DNA of 62,423 nucleotides, filler included, from Asterionella formosa (Eukaryota), in NCBI GenBank assembly GCA_002256025.1. It is 5 parts of 5 records of this genome, joined end to end, with 100 filler letters (N's around TTAATTAATTAA, not from the genome) between each part and the next. Parts side by side here need not be neighbours in the genome. Positions count along the whole stretch, not along the records: positions 28,460 to 56,823 come from NKIB01001239.1; 4 more parts are not named here. One strand, given 5' to 3'. A program made the translations under genes and the position numbers. The notes under the pieces are model-generated. The model was not told the origin of the DNA and made no database searches. It saw only the letters and a list, made by a program, of their open reading frames with translations. Every line of letters starts with the position of its first letter. Position 1 is the first letter of the stretch. Of the stretch, positions 31,891 to 44,984 are shown one piece after another.

Positions 31891-33330
31891 TTATCTATTG
31901 CTACTATTAGTAACGGCAATATCATTCCACCAATTTTTGGAACACATTTCTACCAATCGACTTGCCGCTCGTCGGAAGGCAAATGACAGCTCTTTCACAC
32001 TGGCTAGTTCGCCAATGGTTCTCCCGCTGCTCTGAGCAGTGTCAATGCCAAATCGTTCACCCACCTTGATCTCGATGCTGTCGATTGCAGGCTCAATGCT
32101 AGTGCTATTTACAAATAAATTATGCGGGTCTTGAACTGCAGAACAAAAGAGAGCGCATTTTTGTTCGTACAGTTCATCGATCAAGGTAATAAAACGTCGA
32201 GCTCGATTGTGCTCTTTCAAATTCAACAACGGTATATTCTCCAAAATCACAACGTCAAAATGTTGAGCCAAAACACGATAATCAGAGGCACCAAGATCAG
32301 CTTGACAGAGTTCCGCGAATGTAAATCGACCGACAAGTCCTCCTGGATGCGCTTTATGAACCTTCAATATCCGTGTAGCGCTCACTTGCAGGTCAATCGA
32401 CATGGGGATGGTCCCATCAAGAAGAGTGGCGAACATTTTGTCTACAGCTTCCTTGTTATCCATATAAGGATCAATCAGGAAGAAATCATTCGTTTCGTCA
32501 GCCAGCAGCATGCGATAGTCCACTTCTGATTTAAGCTGATGCACAATGCAGTGCCGTTCCAGCAAATCAATAAAGGGCATAAAATATGAGCGGTTTATAC
32601 CTCCCTCATACAATTCGCTTGGTGGCCGATTCGAAGTAGCTACCACAACAGTACCACGTTGAAAAAGGGTTGAGAAGAATTGCGAGAGGATGAGTGCGTC
32701 TGCTACATCCGTTACTTGAAACTCGTCAAAGCAAAGCAGGGTGATCTCGTCTGCAAAGTCGTGGGCGATCCTAAGAATTGGATTATGAGCATCCGACGTG
32801 TCAACATGAAATGATCTTCCTCTCTCTTTTAGGTCCCTTTGCTTCAATAAGTGGATACGTTGGTGGACTTCTTGGAGAAAGGCGTGAAAGTGGACCCGAC
32901 GCTTCTTTTCAACAGGGCATTCCCTATAAAAGGTGTCCATCAGCATACTTTTGCCGGTACCGACTTGGCCATATATGTATAGGCCCCGAGGGATCTGGGG
33001 TGCTATATTCGAAAAAACATTCATAGTTTCTTCTGCCTTTTCCCTGACATCGCCCACTTGCTGCGCTTGACTTTTCTTTTCTAGATGTTCTTGCTCGAGT
33101 TTGTTTCGCGCCCGCACCATGTGAATAATGTCCGCGTTTGAATAGCCCACAAGAGCCTTTTGAAGCTTTGTCAGTCGCTTTGCTGCTCGTGCTTGTGCCG
33201 CATCCGACTTTATTTTTCCTCTTTCAATTCGCTTTTGCAAAACTTCATCGACCCAATTGGGTGCAGAGGCAAAGGCACGACAGGATTTCGAGAATGCTGG
33301 AACACACTTTGAAAATGAAAGAAACGACAT
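31891..33330 (-). CDS. AFG1L: AFG1/LACE1-like (ZapE family) mitochondrial ATPase
   Basis: PRGLYIYGQVGTGKSMLMD, RRVHFHAF, LLCFDEFQVTDVADA, VVVATSNRPP.ELYEGGINR..F.PFI, ARRFITLIDELYE, FAFRRAASRLVEM. The N-terminus resembles a mitochondrial presequence. Confidence 0.93.
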   Translation of the reverse strand: MSFLSFSKCVPAFSKSCRAFASAPNWVDEVLQKRIERGKIKSDAAQARAAKRLTKLQKALVGYSNADIIHMVRARNKLEQEHLEKKSQAQQVGDVREKAEETMNVFSNIAPQIPRGLYIYGQVGTGKSMLMDTFYRECPVEKKRRVHFHAFLQEVHQRIHLLKQRDLKERGRSFHVDTSDAHNPILRIAHDFADEITLLCFDEFQVTDVADALILSQFFSTLFQRGTVVVATSNRPPSELYEGGINRSYFMPFIDLLERHCIVHQLKSEVDYRMLLADETNDFFLIDPYMDNKEAVDKMFATLLDGTIPMSIDLQVSATRILKVHKAHPGGLVGRFTFAELCQADLGASDYRVLAQHFDVVILENIPLLNLKEHNRARRFITLIDELYEQKCALFCSAVQDPHNLFVNSTSIEPAIDSIEIKVGERFGIDTAQSSGRTIGELASVKELSFAFRRAASRLVEMCSKNWWNDIAVTNSSNR

Positions 33331-35008
33331 TATGTCATCAACCGAGCAGCAATGTCGCCGCGCTTGCGCAACGCTAGTTGAGATTTGTGCGAGTGACTGC
33401 TGTTTATAACTTTATAATTGCATCAAAAGGACCAATACGAGTGAGTCAGGCACAACATGGTGGTGACGGTGGTTTGAAACACTAAATTTGTTCTTGGATT
33501 CAATCTTCTTGCCTTTTGCTCATGTTTTTGTTTTAAGAATTCTGTATGTACTTATTACGATAGGCTGAATTCAGACTAGATTCAGTCTGGCCGTTCATTC
33601 CCTTCTTCCTGCCCCTACATACCACGCACCGTACAACGGCCTGTTGTCTCTCGTTTCCCCCCCAAAACAATGAAATTACCTGTCGTACCCCCCTTTGTGC
33701 ATCTGGCGTGATACTCCCAAATATTTTATGTGTACAGAAAAAATAATACAACATAAAGCTATTCTATTATTTCTTATTGATATGTATTTTCGTATGATAC
33801 TGTTCCCTGTAAAGTATCGTTTTCATCACATCCCGTATATTTTTATTTGTATGCACAACAACATGAGAATTGTAGACGATGTAAAATCTTCTTATTCCTC
33901 AGCACTGTAATGGGCAAACTCTGAAATCACAAATTAATTTGTGCCAAAATATTCAACCCAATTTTGTTCCTGATTTGATATATAGGACTTTTCCACAGCT
34001 AGTACTAGTGCAATGAATGCATGTCTAGAAATAGGGAAGTATGAATGGGATAGCTATAATACAGATTATCAATTTATTATTATAGGAAAACACAAGCCCA
34101 ACGAGGCAGGCCATGCCAGAAAACTGATGGAACACAGGAATCTTGGCCAACTGGATTTGTTGTTGGATTCCTGACAATCAAATCCATATTTTTCCTACAA
34201 GGAGGAGTAAAGGAATGAAACAATGCTGGAATACCCAATATCATCCTGATTATTGATTTGTCACATACTGCTAATAGTAGCAATGTGATCATCATCATCA
34301 GGAGAGGAGAGGAGAGTAAAACCGACATGGTAAGTGACTGATGACAATGAATCTATACACATTAGCAACAATAAATATATATGATGATGGATAGGATGCA
34401 CTGCCATGAAAATTTAACTGTTAAGAAATTTGTTCAAATTTATATTTTATGTCAGATAAGAAACGTAAGATATTTCATGTATCAGAGGGCAATGATGATA
34501 TTATGTATAAAATGACCCCAAAAACTTCTGTTGTAACCTTTTTGGCACAACTTCAATTGTTATTCAGTATTTTAAAATTGGTCAATGAACCAGACCTATA
34601 AAACTGGCAGTACATAGCTACATACTAGGTAGAAAGATCGATTTGCTCCTGGAAACAATATAATGGTATCTGGGCTCAACATCAGTCCTTGCTTCTTCTC
34701 CTTGGTGGGTATCAATTTCTCCTGTTGTGAACATTTTGTTAGTTCATCATAATAATGGTGGTGTGTAATAATCTAGTCAGTTCCAACAGGATCTAGTCTC
34801 CTGATGCCCAGAAGCATTGGGGTAGATCAACAACAAAATGCATGAACATGGTAAACTCACAGGTTTCTACCTCGAGTAGCAGTTGCAACATGGCCCTTTG
34901 GGACGAAATCGACAGCTCCAATAGACATTTTGCATTCCAAGGAATGTTTCACTTCATGGGTGTCGTATTCTAGAAAAAGGCACACATAATATGCACCACT
35001 TAACTAAA

Positions 35009-38000
35009 CTACCTTGTTCTGTCTCGTTTCTCGAGAGCTGCAGCAACATCACTTCCAAGTCCCATACCTGCCCAAACAGCATTTCCATTGGGTTCTTCCG
35101 GAACAAAGAAGAAATTCTTTCGGTCCTGTGCCACCTTAGCTATGGCACGAAGTGCAGCTAGGTTAAATCCAACCGCATCGCGGGATTCTGACAGCCGAAG
35201 GCGGACAAGTCTTCGAAGTTCTCGCAACGGAGTCGAAAGAGATCGAGTTGCAACCAGCTGGAACGATTTTAAAAAAGTGAGAGGGATTTAGTATTGATTG
35301 GAAGGATACTGCAACACCATTGGATATGACCTTTTGCTCAGAAATGTGATTGTCCTCAATAACCAAGCGATCAAACACGGGAATTCGGACAGGTAAAACG
35401 TGATCTTCATAGCAGTGTCAGCCGAACTCTTGAACTTGTGCCAACGTACCTGCTTTTGATGCGTCTTAATCATGAAAACGCCCACCCGTGCGCAGATCTC
35501 GATACCTCGACCTGTTCGAAGGAGACTATTCAGGTAATAAATCAAACGCTCCATGTGGCCCAATGGTAATACTAGCAAGCTCTGCTCCAACTCTGCACTC
35601 TTGACGGACCGAAGAACCCAAAGAATATATTGGGAGGGTTCTAAACCCAACAGGAAAGGGTTCATACCTTTCTTTTTATCTGTCCCTTGGCTTTTCTTAA
35701 AAGCAGCCATGTCCTTGAGTTCTTGATCAGCCTTTTCCAAGGCTTCCATGATACGATCGCCAGCTGAAACACTAAGAACACTCCTCTTTACTGCAGCTTC
35801 GCTTTGTGGCTGATCTCCATTGTCATCCACATCTTCATTTTCTAGGCCGTCGCTATCCTTCCTATTCACAATATTTGCAGTGCCATTTTCGTTACGACCA
35901 GAATCAACCTTGTCAAACATATGTTCGAGTCTACGCTCCCTCTCTTCCTCAAGGAACACAATATCTTGGGTTCGCTCCCAGACCCTTACTTGCCGATCCA
36001 TACCTCCCGATACCACGAAGGCACCGGTTCGACTGATAGCAAGGCAGTTGACCTCTGCACAATGTCCATTGAGCAACAAGACCTGTTCGAAACGATCTCC
36101 GTCCCAGTATCGAACGGTTCCATCTTTGCTGGTTGTGAAGAAGTTGTGTGTATGTCTAACAAATTTGAGGTCCGTAATGGAGTCGCCGTGTCCGTGCAAA
36201 GTACGATGTGTATCTCCGAAGTCAAGCCCCCAGATCTTGATGGTCTTGTCTGCACCGGACGAGGCCATAATCGTATCATCGTCACTAGCATCTAACGCCA
36301 ACGCAGGAAGCTTGTGTCCATATAGACTCAGAAAGAATTTAAGAGTATCATCAAAAAAAACTTTAATCGTCGAGTCCAAAGCGGAAACGAAGACCATTCT
36401 TTTTGTCGGGTCTGTTGAATGAGAATACCGTACAGCGACAACATCATCCGACATCTGCAAGGTTCGAGTGTGCACAGCCATAGGGTGACCAGGTTGCTCG
36501 TCGTCTTCTTCTTGCGATTCAATGTCCCAGAATTTGACTGTTTTGTCAGCAGATCCAGTGACAAGTGCGATTGTGTCTTGCTGTGGAGTTGGTCTGCGAA
36601 CGTCCAAACTCCAAATGGCACCGACATGCGCTGTCTCTTCGATAAAGACGACGTCACCAGAAGCAATGTCAAGAATCAAGATATGGCCTTCTCGGGTCCC
36701 CATAGCGACATGCGTGTTTCCTGGGAGAAATGCTGCGCAGAGCCCATAGCAAGCAGCACTCCCCTTTTGGTTCGGGTTTGACGGAGACAGTGACTGCAGA
36801 CATGATCGGCTTGGGACATTCCAAATTTTTGTTGAATTTTTTGACACAGTGCATGCTAGTGTATCATCTGATGAAAGAGCAATTGATCGGATTCCAGTTG
36901 GATGTCCATACATATCCAGAGTGGAAAGCTTTTCTGAAACAACAACGGCATCACTATTGTCGCTTTCCTTCCTTTTCACTAGAGTTAAGACTTCTAATGC
37001 GTTAGTCGAGAGCGCACACACAATGCGTAGTCCTGAACCTTTTTCTTTATAAGGAACAAAAGTAAAGCCTCGAACCTTGTGCGAGGCCCGGACTGTTCCG
37101 TAATATTCAAACTCGTCAGAAGCCTTGATCAGTAGTGGATCCGATGGGTCATCGACGATTTCCAGTTCAGTTTCTTCCTCTTCGGAATCGGGATCATCCA
37201 AAATGCCTCTCTTCTTGCGTACGCTCTCCTCCATTGGGGTCTTTCCCTTTTTTTCTCGACGTCGCCGAAGTCGTCGTTGTCGCTTTTTTTGTGCATCGTG
37301 TGCACCGCGGATCATGTACACGTCAACATCTTTGGCGTTGGCATGCAAAATGCCAACATATTTACCATTTGGATGATAATGTAAAGTCGTCACTTTTTCA
37401 GCAGAAGTTGCGAGGTTGGGTGGAGGAATCAAAGTTCCCATCAAATGGCACACGTCATCCATGTTAGTTGCTTCGCCTTCACCATTCATTTCGTCATCTA
37501 GAATCATAGTTCGTTTCGGTGCTTGTACATTCCAAACTCTGACCTGTCCATCAATACTTCCTGTAACAAGTCTCCATCGTTGCTCGTCTTCTTCATCACT
37601 ACTCGGATGAACTTGTGACAGTGCGCCCGCCCATACTTCTCCTCGATGGCTAGCAATTGTCTGCGTGCAACACTGTCCTTGTAGGTCCCATACTTTGACG
37701 AGGCCATCCAACGAGGTAGTGATCAATCCTTCGAATTTGGGCACGGTAAAGAAAAGAATTTCTGTAATGGCTCCTCGATGTCCCAACAATCTAAAAATAC
37801 CTGTCTCAGCCACCAAGTCCCAAAGAACGACTGCACCGTCGACTCCTCCTGACGCGAGTCTAGTTCCTTGGTCCATTGCAATCGATCGCACCGGAGTCGT
37901 ATGCCCATTCAACACAAGAGGATCTGGTAGTTCAGTGTCACTGTCCCCTAGCAAGGAATGAACTAGACCTTGCGCATCTGACGCGTCAAAGACGCGGACA

Positions 38001-38311
38001 CCACCGTCCACCCACCCAGTAGCAATCTTCGAGGCCCCAACCGCCAGACAAACCACTTCGTCACTATTCAAGGCTCTGCCCGTTCCCACACCACCAGTCA
38101 GCACCTCTGCATGACCCAACTTGAATTCAGGAGTAAGCTGGCGTAGATTGATCCCTAGAATATGCGACCCTGCCGTCGTTAACAAGGGCGCTTTTGGATT
38201 GGCGCTCAGAAAGGCCAAAATGGAATTGGAGGGAGGCGCTTTGGACGACGCCGACACAGTGGTCAGTCCAAAGGCATCAGCGCACTCATAGCGCAGGTAT
38301 GTATGTTCCAT
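35009..38311 (-). CDS. WDR3: WD40-repeat SSU processome subunit WDR3/UTP12/DIP2 (2 exons: 38311-35450, 35257-35009)
   Basis: ATG at 38311 (MEHTYLRYE); tandem WD40 repeats; DDTLKFFLSLYGHKLP; ADKTIKIWGLDFGD; RVWERTQDIVFLEEERE. A GTACGT...CAG intron (35449-35258) joins ..THQKQ|LVATRSL..RDAVGFNLAAL (Utp12 C-terminal domain). Confidence 0.93.
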
Positions 38312-40248
38312 TTGTGGCGATTCGAGAGAGATATAAGGGTTGGTCGCAGCCCCTAGACTGCTGATATTGATTTCGTCCCTATTGCTGAATTTATTCAAAA
38401 ACGCTTTGAGCTCTCTGATTTTGCACCTTGTTCATTTTGCTCCCATCATTACCGTACAATGCTGGTAATGGTCTTTGTGGAGTCCAAATATTATTATTAT
38501 ACATTTGGGGGATGCATCATACCGGTAATGGTGATCGGTGGACAGCACCATCACACCGTTGAAACCCGACGGTCTTGCCGATGTCGGCAACTGTCACTGC
38601 CCCTTTTTGTTTTCGTCAGAGAAGCAACAACCGCATTGGTGAAGTTGAAACACATACCGGTAGCGATTCCTCTTTCCAATCAGGTTATGAGCGTTCCAAT
38701 ATTTTCCGCCTCCAGTGACCTGAATAGAAACATGTACCACAAACTACTTGATGATTGATTCAAGAACACATGGCTGAAGATCATGTATTAAATGCAACAG
38801 TAGAGAGAGGAACTTTCAGGAGACATTCTCTCTGCCCTATTAAATGGACTTAAGGAGGCAAAATCAATAAATGATTGACTATAGACAATTGCAGATATGT
38901 TCACCAAATCCAGGAACAGTGAGGAGGCAAACTAGATACAAACTAGTTTGATTAAATGAATTATTCTGTAAGCAGTCTTCGATCAAACAGCATCTGGACC
39001 TAAAGTTGAGACAGGTCAAGATGAGGCATCAGTAGATTTAGGAAGAGGATGTAGTTTTATCTAGTCAGTTAAGTTGGGAACACAACTGAACCTTGCCTCC
39101 TAGTAGGATCACCTCTATTTTGAAACATGCATCAGCTTTGAAGTTTCAACATTATAAATTTAAATTTATGTTTACATTAAGCTTGCTCTTTTATAAAAGA
39201 AACTATTAGCAAAGAAAGTAAAGCAAACCAAACCAATTTGGCTGTTCCAGGTTCGAAAATTTTAATCTGTCTGTATAATTCTTGAAAGGAAACACTCTCA
39301 TGGATTTTTCTTCCATCGTATTTGCAAGCGCTTTATAATCTGAAAAGGTTTTGAAGATTGCTTTAGTTTTAACAACCAAACAGCAGGGTTATAGAGTTTC
39401 TAAGATGTAAAAAAATGTTTTGTAATAATTAAGAATGGATCATCCTTTTCTTCTGTTCCAAAAAATATCTGGAAAGAAAGATAAATAGAGAAAGAACAGG
39501 TCCATTCTCTTTGTTGCGAAATGGCTTAGTCAGGGGATTTTCCTGTGGGAGAGTTACAGATTAGCAGCATCTTTCAATTCCCTGGTTAGTCAAACTATTA
39601 TCTATATTATATATATATAATCTATATGCCTTAATAGATATATTTAATAAGCTCATCCTAGTACCACTAGACTGCTGCTCTGGTAGTCATGTACCAATAT
39701 GTATATTATGGTATTCATTCAAGCTATACTACCTGGGGGACCAACTTTATTTGTTGTTGTTGAGGAATCCACCTATTAAATGACATATGATCATTGTTGC
39801 AGCCCCTGACTTTTCATGGGGAGAATCTGTATAGGCATCAAGAGCTAAGCAACCTTCCACCAAAATAATGCAATGGTGGCATGAGTTAGTTTTAATACTA
39901 GCTAATAAAGATACAACATCATCCCATAGCTATCTATGTTTTTTAATCAACAAATGAATCAATAAATGATTAGGTGGGGCTAGATTTGCACTGGATAAAT
40001 ATTAACATCAAAAAACATAATAGTCTTTGTCTTATGTCCCAGACTATGATTATGCCAGCATTTTCAACGACCCAAATATCACAACAAGTGGGCATCTGGA
40101 TGAAAGAGAGTGCCATTGATGATAAGCAAGGATAGTTCCCAGTTACTATTCACTGGATCTACCTTCAAGAACGAAAAAAGCATGCAACGCTAAGGTAAAT
40201 TATTAGAGAAAAAGCGTGAAAAAGAAATGGCTGCCAAAAGAGAACCAA

Positions 40249-41259
40249 TTAGCAGCTCCTTCGAAGTGGTTGTGATTTTCTTGACTGTTGACTAGTTTGG
40301 CTCTTCCCTGACTTGATCTTTTCCGGTAATTCCAAGTATAAGCGGCGTGCTAAAATATGATAGTCCAGGTATCGGCGAATATGGTCCAAGAGGTCGACTT
40401 CGACCTGAGGACCGTGTTCATTATGACCAATCTTCTCCATCCAAAAGGGTGTGGCCCGCAAATGCTCCGGGACGGCTTCCAACAAGACTTCGCTATGTAC
40501 AAATGGAACAACAGTGTCTAGTCGGCCATGAGCGATGAAAACGGGACATCTGTAATGCAATACTATTATGTGAGCATTTGAACAACCGTCACAGGCCAGT
40601 CTCGCCAACAACGATCTTACTTACTCCACCTCGTTCATCCGGTCTATATTCGGAAATTTGTCACCTGATACTGTAAAACCAAGATTTACCACCACACGAT
40701 ATACCGAGGCAAAGGGAGAATGAAGAATCAAACCTCCAACTGACTTGCAGGCCCGCGCAGACTTTTGTGCTAGGTAGCAAGAGGGTCCCGACCCAAGAGA
40801 CCGCCCATAGAGCACAATCTGATGCGGAGAAAGGCCAATTTCTTCCGTAAGGTATTCAAAAGCTGCCTCGGCATCGGCGTAGACATTTAACTCACAAGGT
40901 GAGCCTAATATAGAAAAGTTAGAACAGTGACGAGGGCAACGTTTACTACGCTGCACATATCAATAAAAAATAGGGAGTCCCTCACCTGATGACCCTCCAT
41001 ATCCAGAATAGTCATAGGCGAGTACATTCACATTCAGTCCCCGCGAGAGTCGTCGCAGCCATCCATAGCAAATATTGAGGTCTTCTGCATTACCGTGAGA
41101 GTAGAGTATCGTCACATTCGCGCCTCGCTTCTTGACATGAGTCGCTGAGATGGTATTGCCTGTACTTGTTGTCAGCGGAATGATTCGTGACGGAAAGTCG
41201 TAATTAACATGGTTAGTCGGTGGCTTAAACAGAAGCGAATTAATTATTGAGGGGGCCAT
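40249..41259 (-). CDS. ABHD17: ABHD17-like alpha/beta hydrolase (3 exons: 41259-40986, 40904-40625, 40549-40249)
   Basis: TILYSHGNAEDL, NVLAYDYSGYGGSSG|SPCELNVYADAEAAFEYL, nucleophile YGRSLGSGPS, LILHSP, DKFPNID, CPVFIAHGRLDTVV, GHN. GT-AG introns 40985-40905 and 40624-40550 keep the frame. Confidence 0.88.
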
Positions 41260-42244
41260 ATCGGGACGATTCTTATAATTGCAGAATGGAGGAGATCAAG
41301 GAAGGAGGGGACGGAATGGATAACAACTCCTTTCAACAAAAGAGTTTGAACAAGCGTATCACAGGCACTAGCATATCAAACTCCCGCCAAAAACCAGTCA
41401 AGCGCCCTCCCCAAACAACTGCTTGTTTATACACTCCACATTTCTGAAGAAACAACATAAAGCAACGACTGGTTCCATTGCCTCCCTCACTAATATGAGA
41501 AAACAAGCGAACATTCGGCCGGCGCAATCCCACATATTGCTCCTGACACTCCGTACATAGGATACGTTCTGATTGCACTATAGTGCATAGTGAAAAATTA
41601 TTCCAGAAACGGGAACGCAATCCTATCGGCTTGCCGGGCGCAGAACAAATATTTGAATAGCTCATGAGAACATACCATGTATACATACCGGAACATTTGT
41701 TATCTCTTTTCGATTTATCCAACATACTCGAGTCAGCACATGCTGGTAGACCAGCACATAGAGCACACTGTTGTCTGAGAAAAGTAGACAATTTGCATGA
41801 TATAAATTCGCCAGTTGCGCAGGGCAGCAACAAAATTATTACAATGTATGCCTTTTGATGGGGCGGTAGACACAATACACCAGGGTATTGAGACTGTTGC
41901 GGTCTGCTTTTGTATGATGAACGAATGGGCATATACCGGTATACTAATGCATGAATAGTACAGGTAGTGCGGTAACTTTTATCAGAGAAGTTACGGTAGA
42001 AGACGGTTCTTACTATGTATAAAGGAATTAAACTTCTCATTAACGCAACTTGCCAGGTGAGCGATAGTTGGCAGACAGACGGAGCACTCCGGGGAGAAAA
42101 ATCTGAACTTCCCTAGTCCTGCGCCTTCACTTCCGATGCTTTTTCTACGACCATGGAGATCTTACCAGATATGTTTAGGACGGCTCTGAACTACTGGTAC
42201 CGGTAGTTTACTACTCCTGGGCACGTCATAAGACAGCTAATAAC

Positions 42245-44227
42245 CTAAACTCCTAATTTTGGCGAACCCAGAAGGAAAGTCGCAACCCAACTTCGAAGGG
42301 CCGTGTCAGATAAATCAGCAACCCTTGTGTCGCTCTTGAATACCAAGGAGTCATCCTCTTCATCAAAGTTCTCACCCAAGCCACTCATTGAGACCTGCTT
42401 TTCCGATGATGTATCATTGATCAACGTTTTGTGCCCGCCTCTCGACCAGGCCTCGTTGCCAATTGACAAGCTTTGCACAAGATTAAGTTTTGTCAATACA
42501 TCTTGTTTCCTTAAAACATCCCAGACGTCTCGGGTTGAATCCTTTGGAATGACTTCAAACCTCCCGCGTTGGACTTCCCCCTGCATCCCACGTGAAATGC
42601 CATTCGCTCCCTTGGTCCACACCGAAACCCCACTCACAACAAGGAATTCGTCAGGATTTGCCAATCCTTGACTAATAGCAATTGTAACATCGTCTTTGGT
42701 ACACTTCCATATATTGTGTTGATTCTGCCCCACTTCACTTCCAACACCTGCTGCACGCAGGGCCGGGCTGCAATGTAGCCACAACAAAGGCTCAGTGCCC
42801 TTGACGGCATATTGCCCCCCATACCGGACAGGGATGACAATTGTGCGCTTACTTCGTGTCGTCTTGTCAACAAGCTGGATATCGATACCTCGTGCAGATG
42901 GGCGGTTCAAGATGACACCAACACTAACATTCGAGTCATCACTAATGATGAGAACCATGGACTTGTGCATTTCTTGAGTCTCCAGCAAAAATGGTGATCG
43001 TGACTGTGATGAAGCACGGACAATAGTTCCTTCTGCAACATTTTGTCCACGAGCGGTGGCAGCTGCCCTTTTTAACAATTGATCGACAGAGTCCATCGTT
43101 AATGGTTCTCTTGTTGCTAGCGCTCCTTTTGGTGACACTGTGGATTTTCCAGCTCCTCCGCCAGCGTCGGTGGAAAGCAAATGTCTCAAGGCCCACTCCT
43201 TTAGGACAAGGTCATCGAATTCTCCCGTGTATTCTTCCGCGGTTTCTTTTTTCCCAATCATATTCATCAGCAGCGTCCAGGTATCAAGTCCAGCATCTCT
43301 AGGATCAGCTCCTGCGGTTTGTCTTGAAAGTTCTTTTAACAACGTCTGTGAGTCAGTGGCCACCATGTACCATGACTTGCGATCCAACTCTCCCATCAGC
43401 TGCTGGGCCCCCCAACCGGCATAACCACAAAAGACCCAAAAGTCACTAGGAGAAGCAGACCCGGCCTTGACTAGTCGTTTTGCGTTGTCAAAGGTCGTCC
43501 ATTGGATTTCATTCATTACGGTGATGCTAGATCTCCTGACTTCCTCTGACTGTAGAGAATGCAAACAAACAATATCTGGATTAACTGTGTTCAAACCCTG
43601 CACATCACCACCGAACCAAACCCTCCATTTGATGCCTTCATTAATGTCGTCTTCCAGTGTTATATCCGACGGTCGGTTCAATATGATGCCCTTTGTAAAT
43701 GCCTTCTCATCGTGATCCAGCACTAGAATAGCTGCCTTGTGAAAGTATTGCTGGCGAAGGCCAAATCCAACTTCTTGTTCGACACCTCCTAAAATGACGG
43801 CTCCCTGTTCAATGACTTTACCAGAATCGTATGCCCACTGGGATGGGTCTAAGGGTGTCATTCCTTGAATATTCGGCGATGGCACTCTTCTTTGTTTGCC
43901 AGTAGAAGTCGTTGAAAAGAGAGCACCAATTCCGTCCAAGTCGTCACCTCCACCTTCTTGTGTCTGTTGTTGTTCCACATCCTTTTGCATGACGAGCTTG
44001 GCTCGAAAAGCGCGCCAGTCTTGATTGGATACATCAATCTCTTCCTCTTCGTCGTCATCCTTGTCATTATTTGCCTTTGCGTGGAGGGGAGCTGATGGAG
44101 GAACTGTATTATCAAAAGGTACCCCACTAGTCGCTGATGAGCATCGAGTACAAAGGGGAACAAAGGCCGCTGTCGGGAGAACGAAGAGACGGAGGAGAGT
44201 TGCGAGGACACAGAGTGTGATGATCAT
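42245..44227 (-). CDS. Tandem DUF179 (AlgH/YqgE, UPF0301) domain protein, plastid-targeted
   Basis: Signal peptide ending PTAA-FVP (ASAFAP-like); DWRAFRAKLV; domain 1 FHKAAILVLDH...GIILNRP...FGGDV...GYAGWGAQQLMGELDRKSW; domain 2 HKSMVLII...GVILNRP...YGG...GVSVW...MQGEV. Confidence 0.85.
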   Translation of the reverse strand: MIITLCVLATLLRLFVLPTAAFVPLCTRCSSATSGVPFDNTVPPSAPLHAKANNDKDDDEEEEIDVSNQDWRAFRAKLVMQKDVEQQQTQEGGGDDLDGIGALFSTTSTGKQRRVPSPNIQGMTPLDPSQWAYDSGKVIEQGAVILGGVEQEVGFGLRQQYFHKAAILVLDHDEKAFTKGIILNRPSDITLEDDINEGIKWRVWFGGDVQGLNTVNPDIVCLHSLQSEEVRRSSITVMNEIQWTTFDNAKRLVKAGSASPSDFWVFCGYAGWGAQQLMGELDRKSWYMVATDSQTLLKELSRQTAGADPRDAGLDTWTLLMNMIGKKETAEEYTGEFDDLVLKEWALRHLLSTDAGGGAGKSTVSPKGALATREPLTMDSVDQLLKRAAATARGQNVAEGTIVRASSQSRSPFLLETQEMHKSMVLIISDDSNVSVGVILNRPSARGIDIQLVDKTTRSKRTIVIPVRYGGQYAVKGTEPLLWLHCSPALRAAGVGSEVGQNQHNIWKCTKDDVTIAISQGLANPDEFLVVSGVSVWTKGANGISRGMQGEVQRGRFEVIPKDSTRDVWDVLRKQDVLTKLNLVQSLSIGNEAWSRGGHKTLINDTSSEKQVSMSGLGENFDEEDDSLVFKSDTRVADLSDTALRSWVATFLLGSPKLGV

Positions 44228-44984
44228 TCTTGAGGAGAAAAAAGAGCAGGAGTTGCCGCAGAACTATAATAATAATTTAATCCTCATTCAACTGAAGTGA
44301 TCCCGTCATGACGAGATGTGACGGTCATGCCAGATACGATGAGACCCATACATACACCGGTACATGAGCCTAAAATGTACCTGGTACTCTGAGTACATCC
44401 GCCATAAATGTAGTAAAATTTACTTCCGGTGCCGGTTTGGTACCTGGTACCTGATACCAGGTACACTAATAAACTAATGCATGATGTGGACTCCCTACTA
44501 AGAATCCGTTGTCGAAGCTAGATATGTAGTGCTAATTACTCATTATTACCGTGTTGTTGGCAGCTTCTTCAAATTCTACATTTGCATTCTTGCTTGACTC
44601 TTATCTTTGCGCATACTTGTTACTTCTGATGCCAAGAATAGTCAGGAGTCAAAACTCCTTCAAAAAAGAGCAAGACTGATGATATCCACCTTTTTTTTGA
44701 ACTAGTACATGACACCAGGCAAAATTGTAGCTTCTTGATTTGCTGTGAGAACAGCCCTAGTATAGAGTCTCAAACCCATCCTTCACCTGTTGTTGCTATT
44801 GGTTTTCCACCACTCACACCTGCAACTCCTTCTACTACAATAGCTTCTGCAATAACATTATCAAGTTTCATCTCCACCCCAGCTCAGTTTATAAGAATCA
44901 GTCTCACCTGCTCAACTTGATTATTGTTATCACTGCTACTAATAGTGACCCACTATAATGGACTATAAATGTAAAGTTGATACA

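Noticed and set aside
9610..38311. Functional cluster of RNA and ribosome-biogenesis genes (RPF2, DIS3L2, WDR3)
   Set aside because: The genes are interspersed with unrelated ones over ~29 kb, which is compatible with chance in a compact genome.
41333..42040. 235-aa minus-strand ORF
   Set aside because: No recognisable motifs, atypical Cys/Leu/Arg-rich composition, and it lies in the upstream region of ABHD17. Probably spurious.
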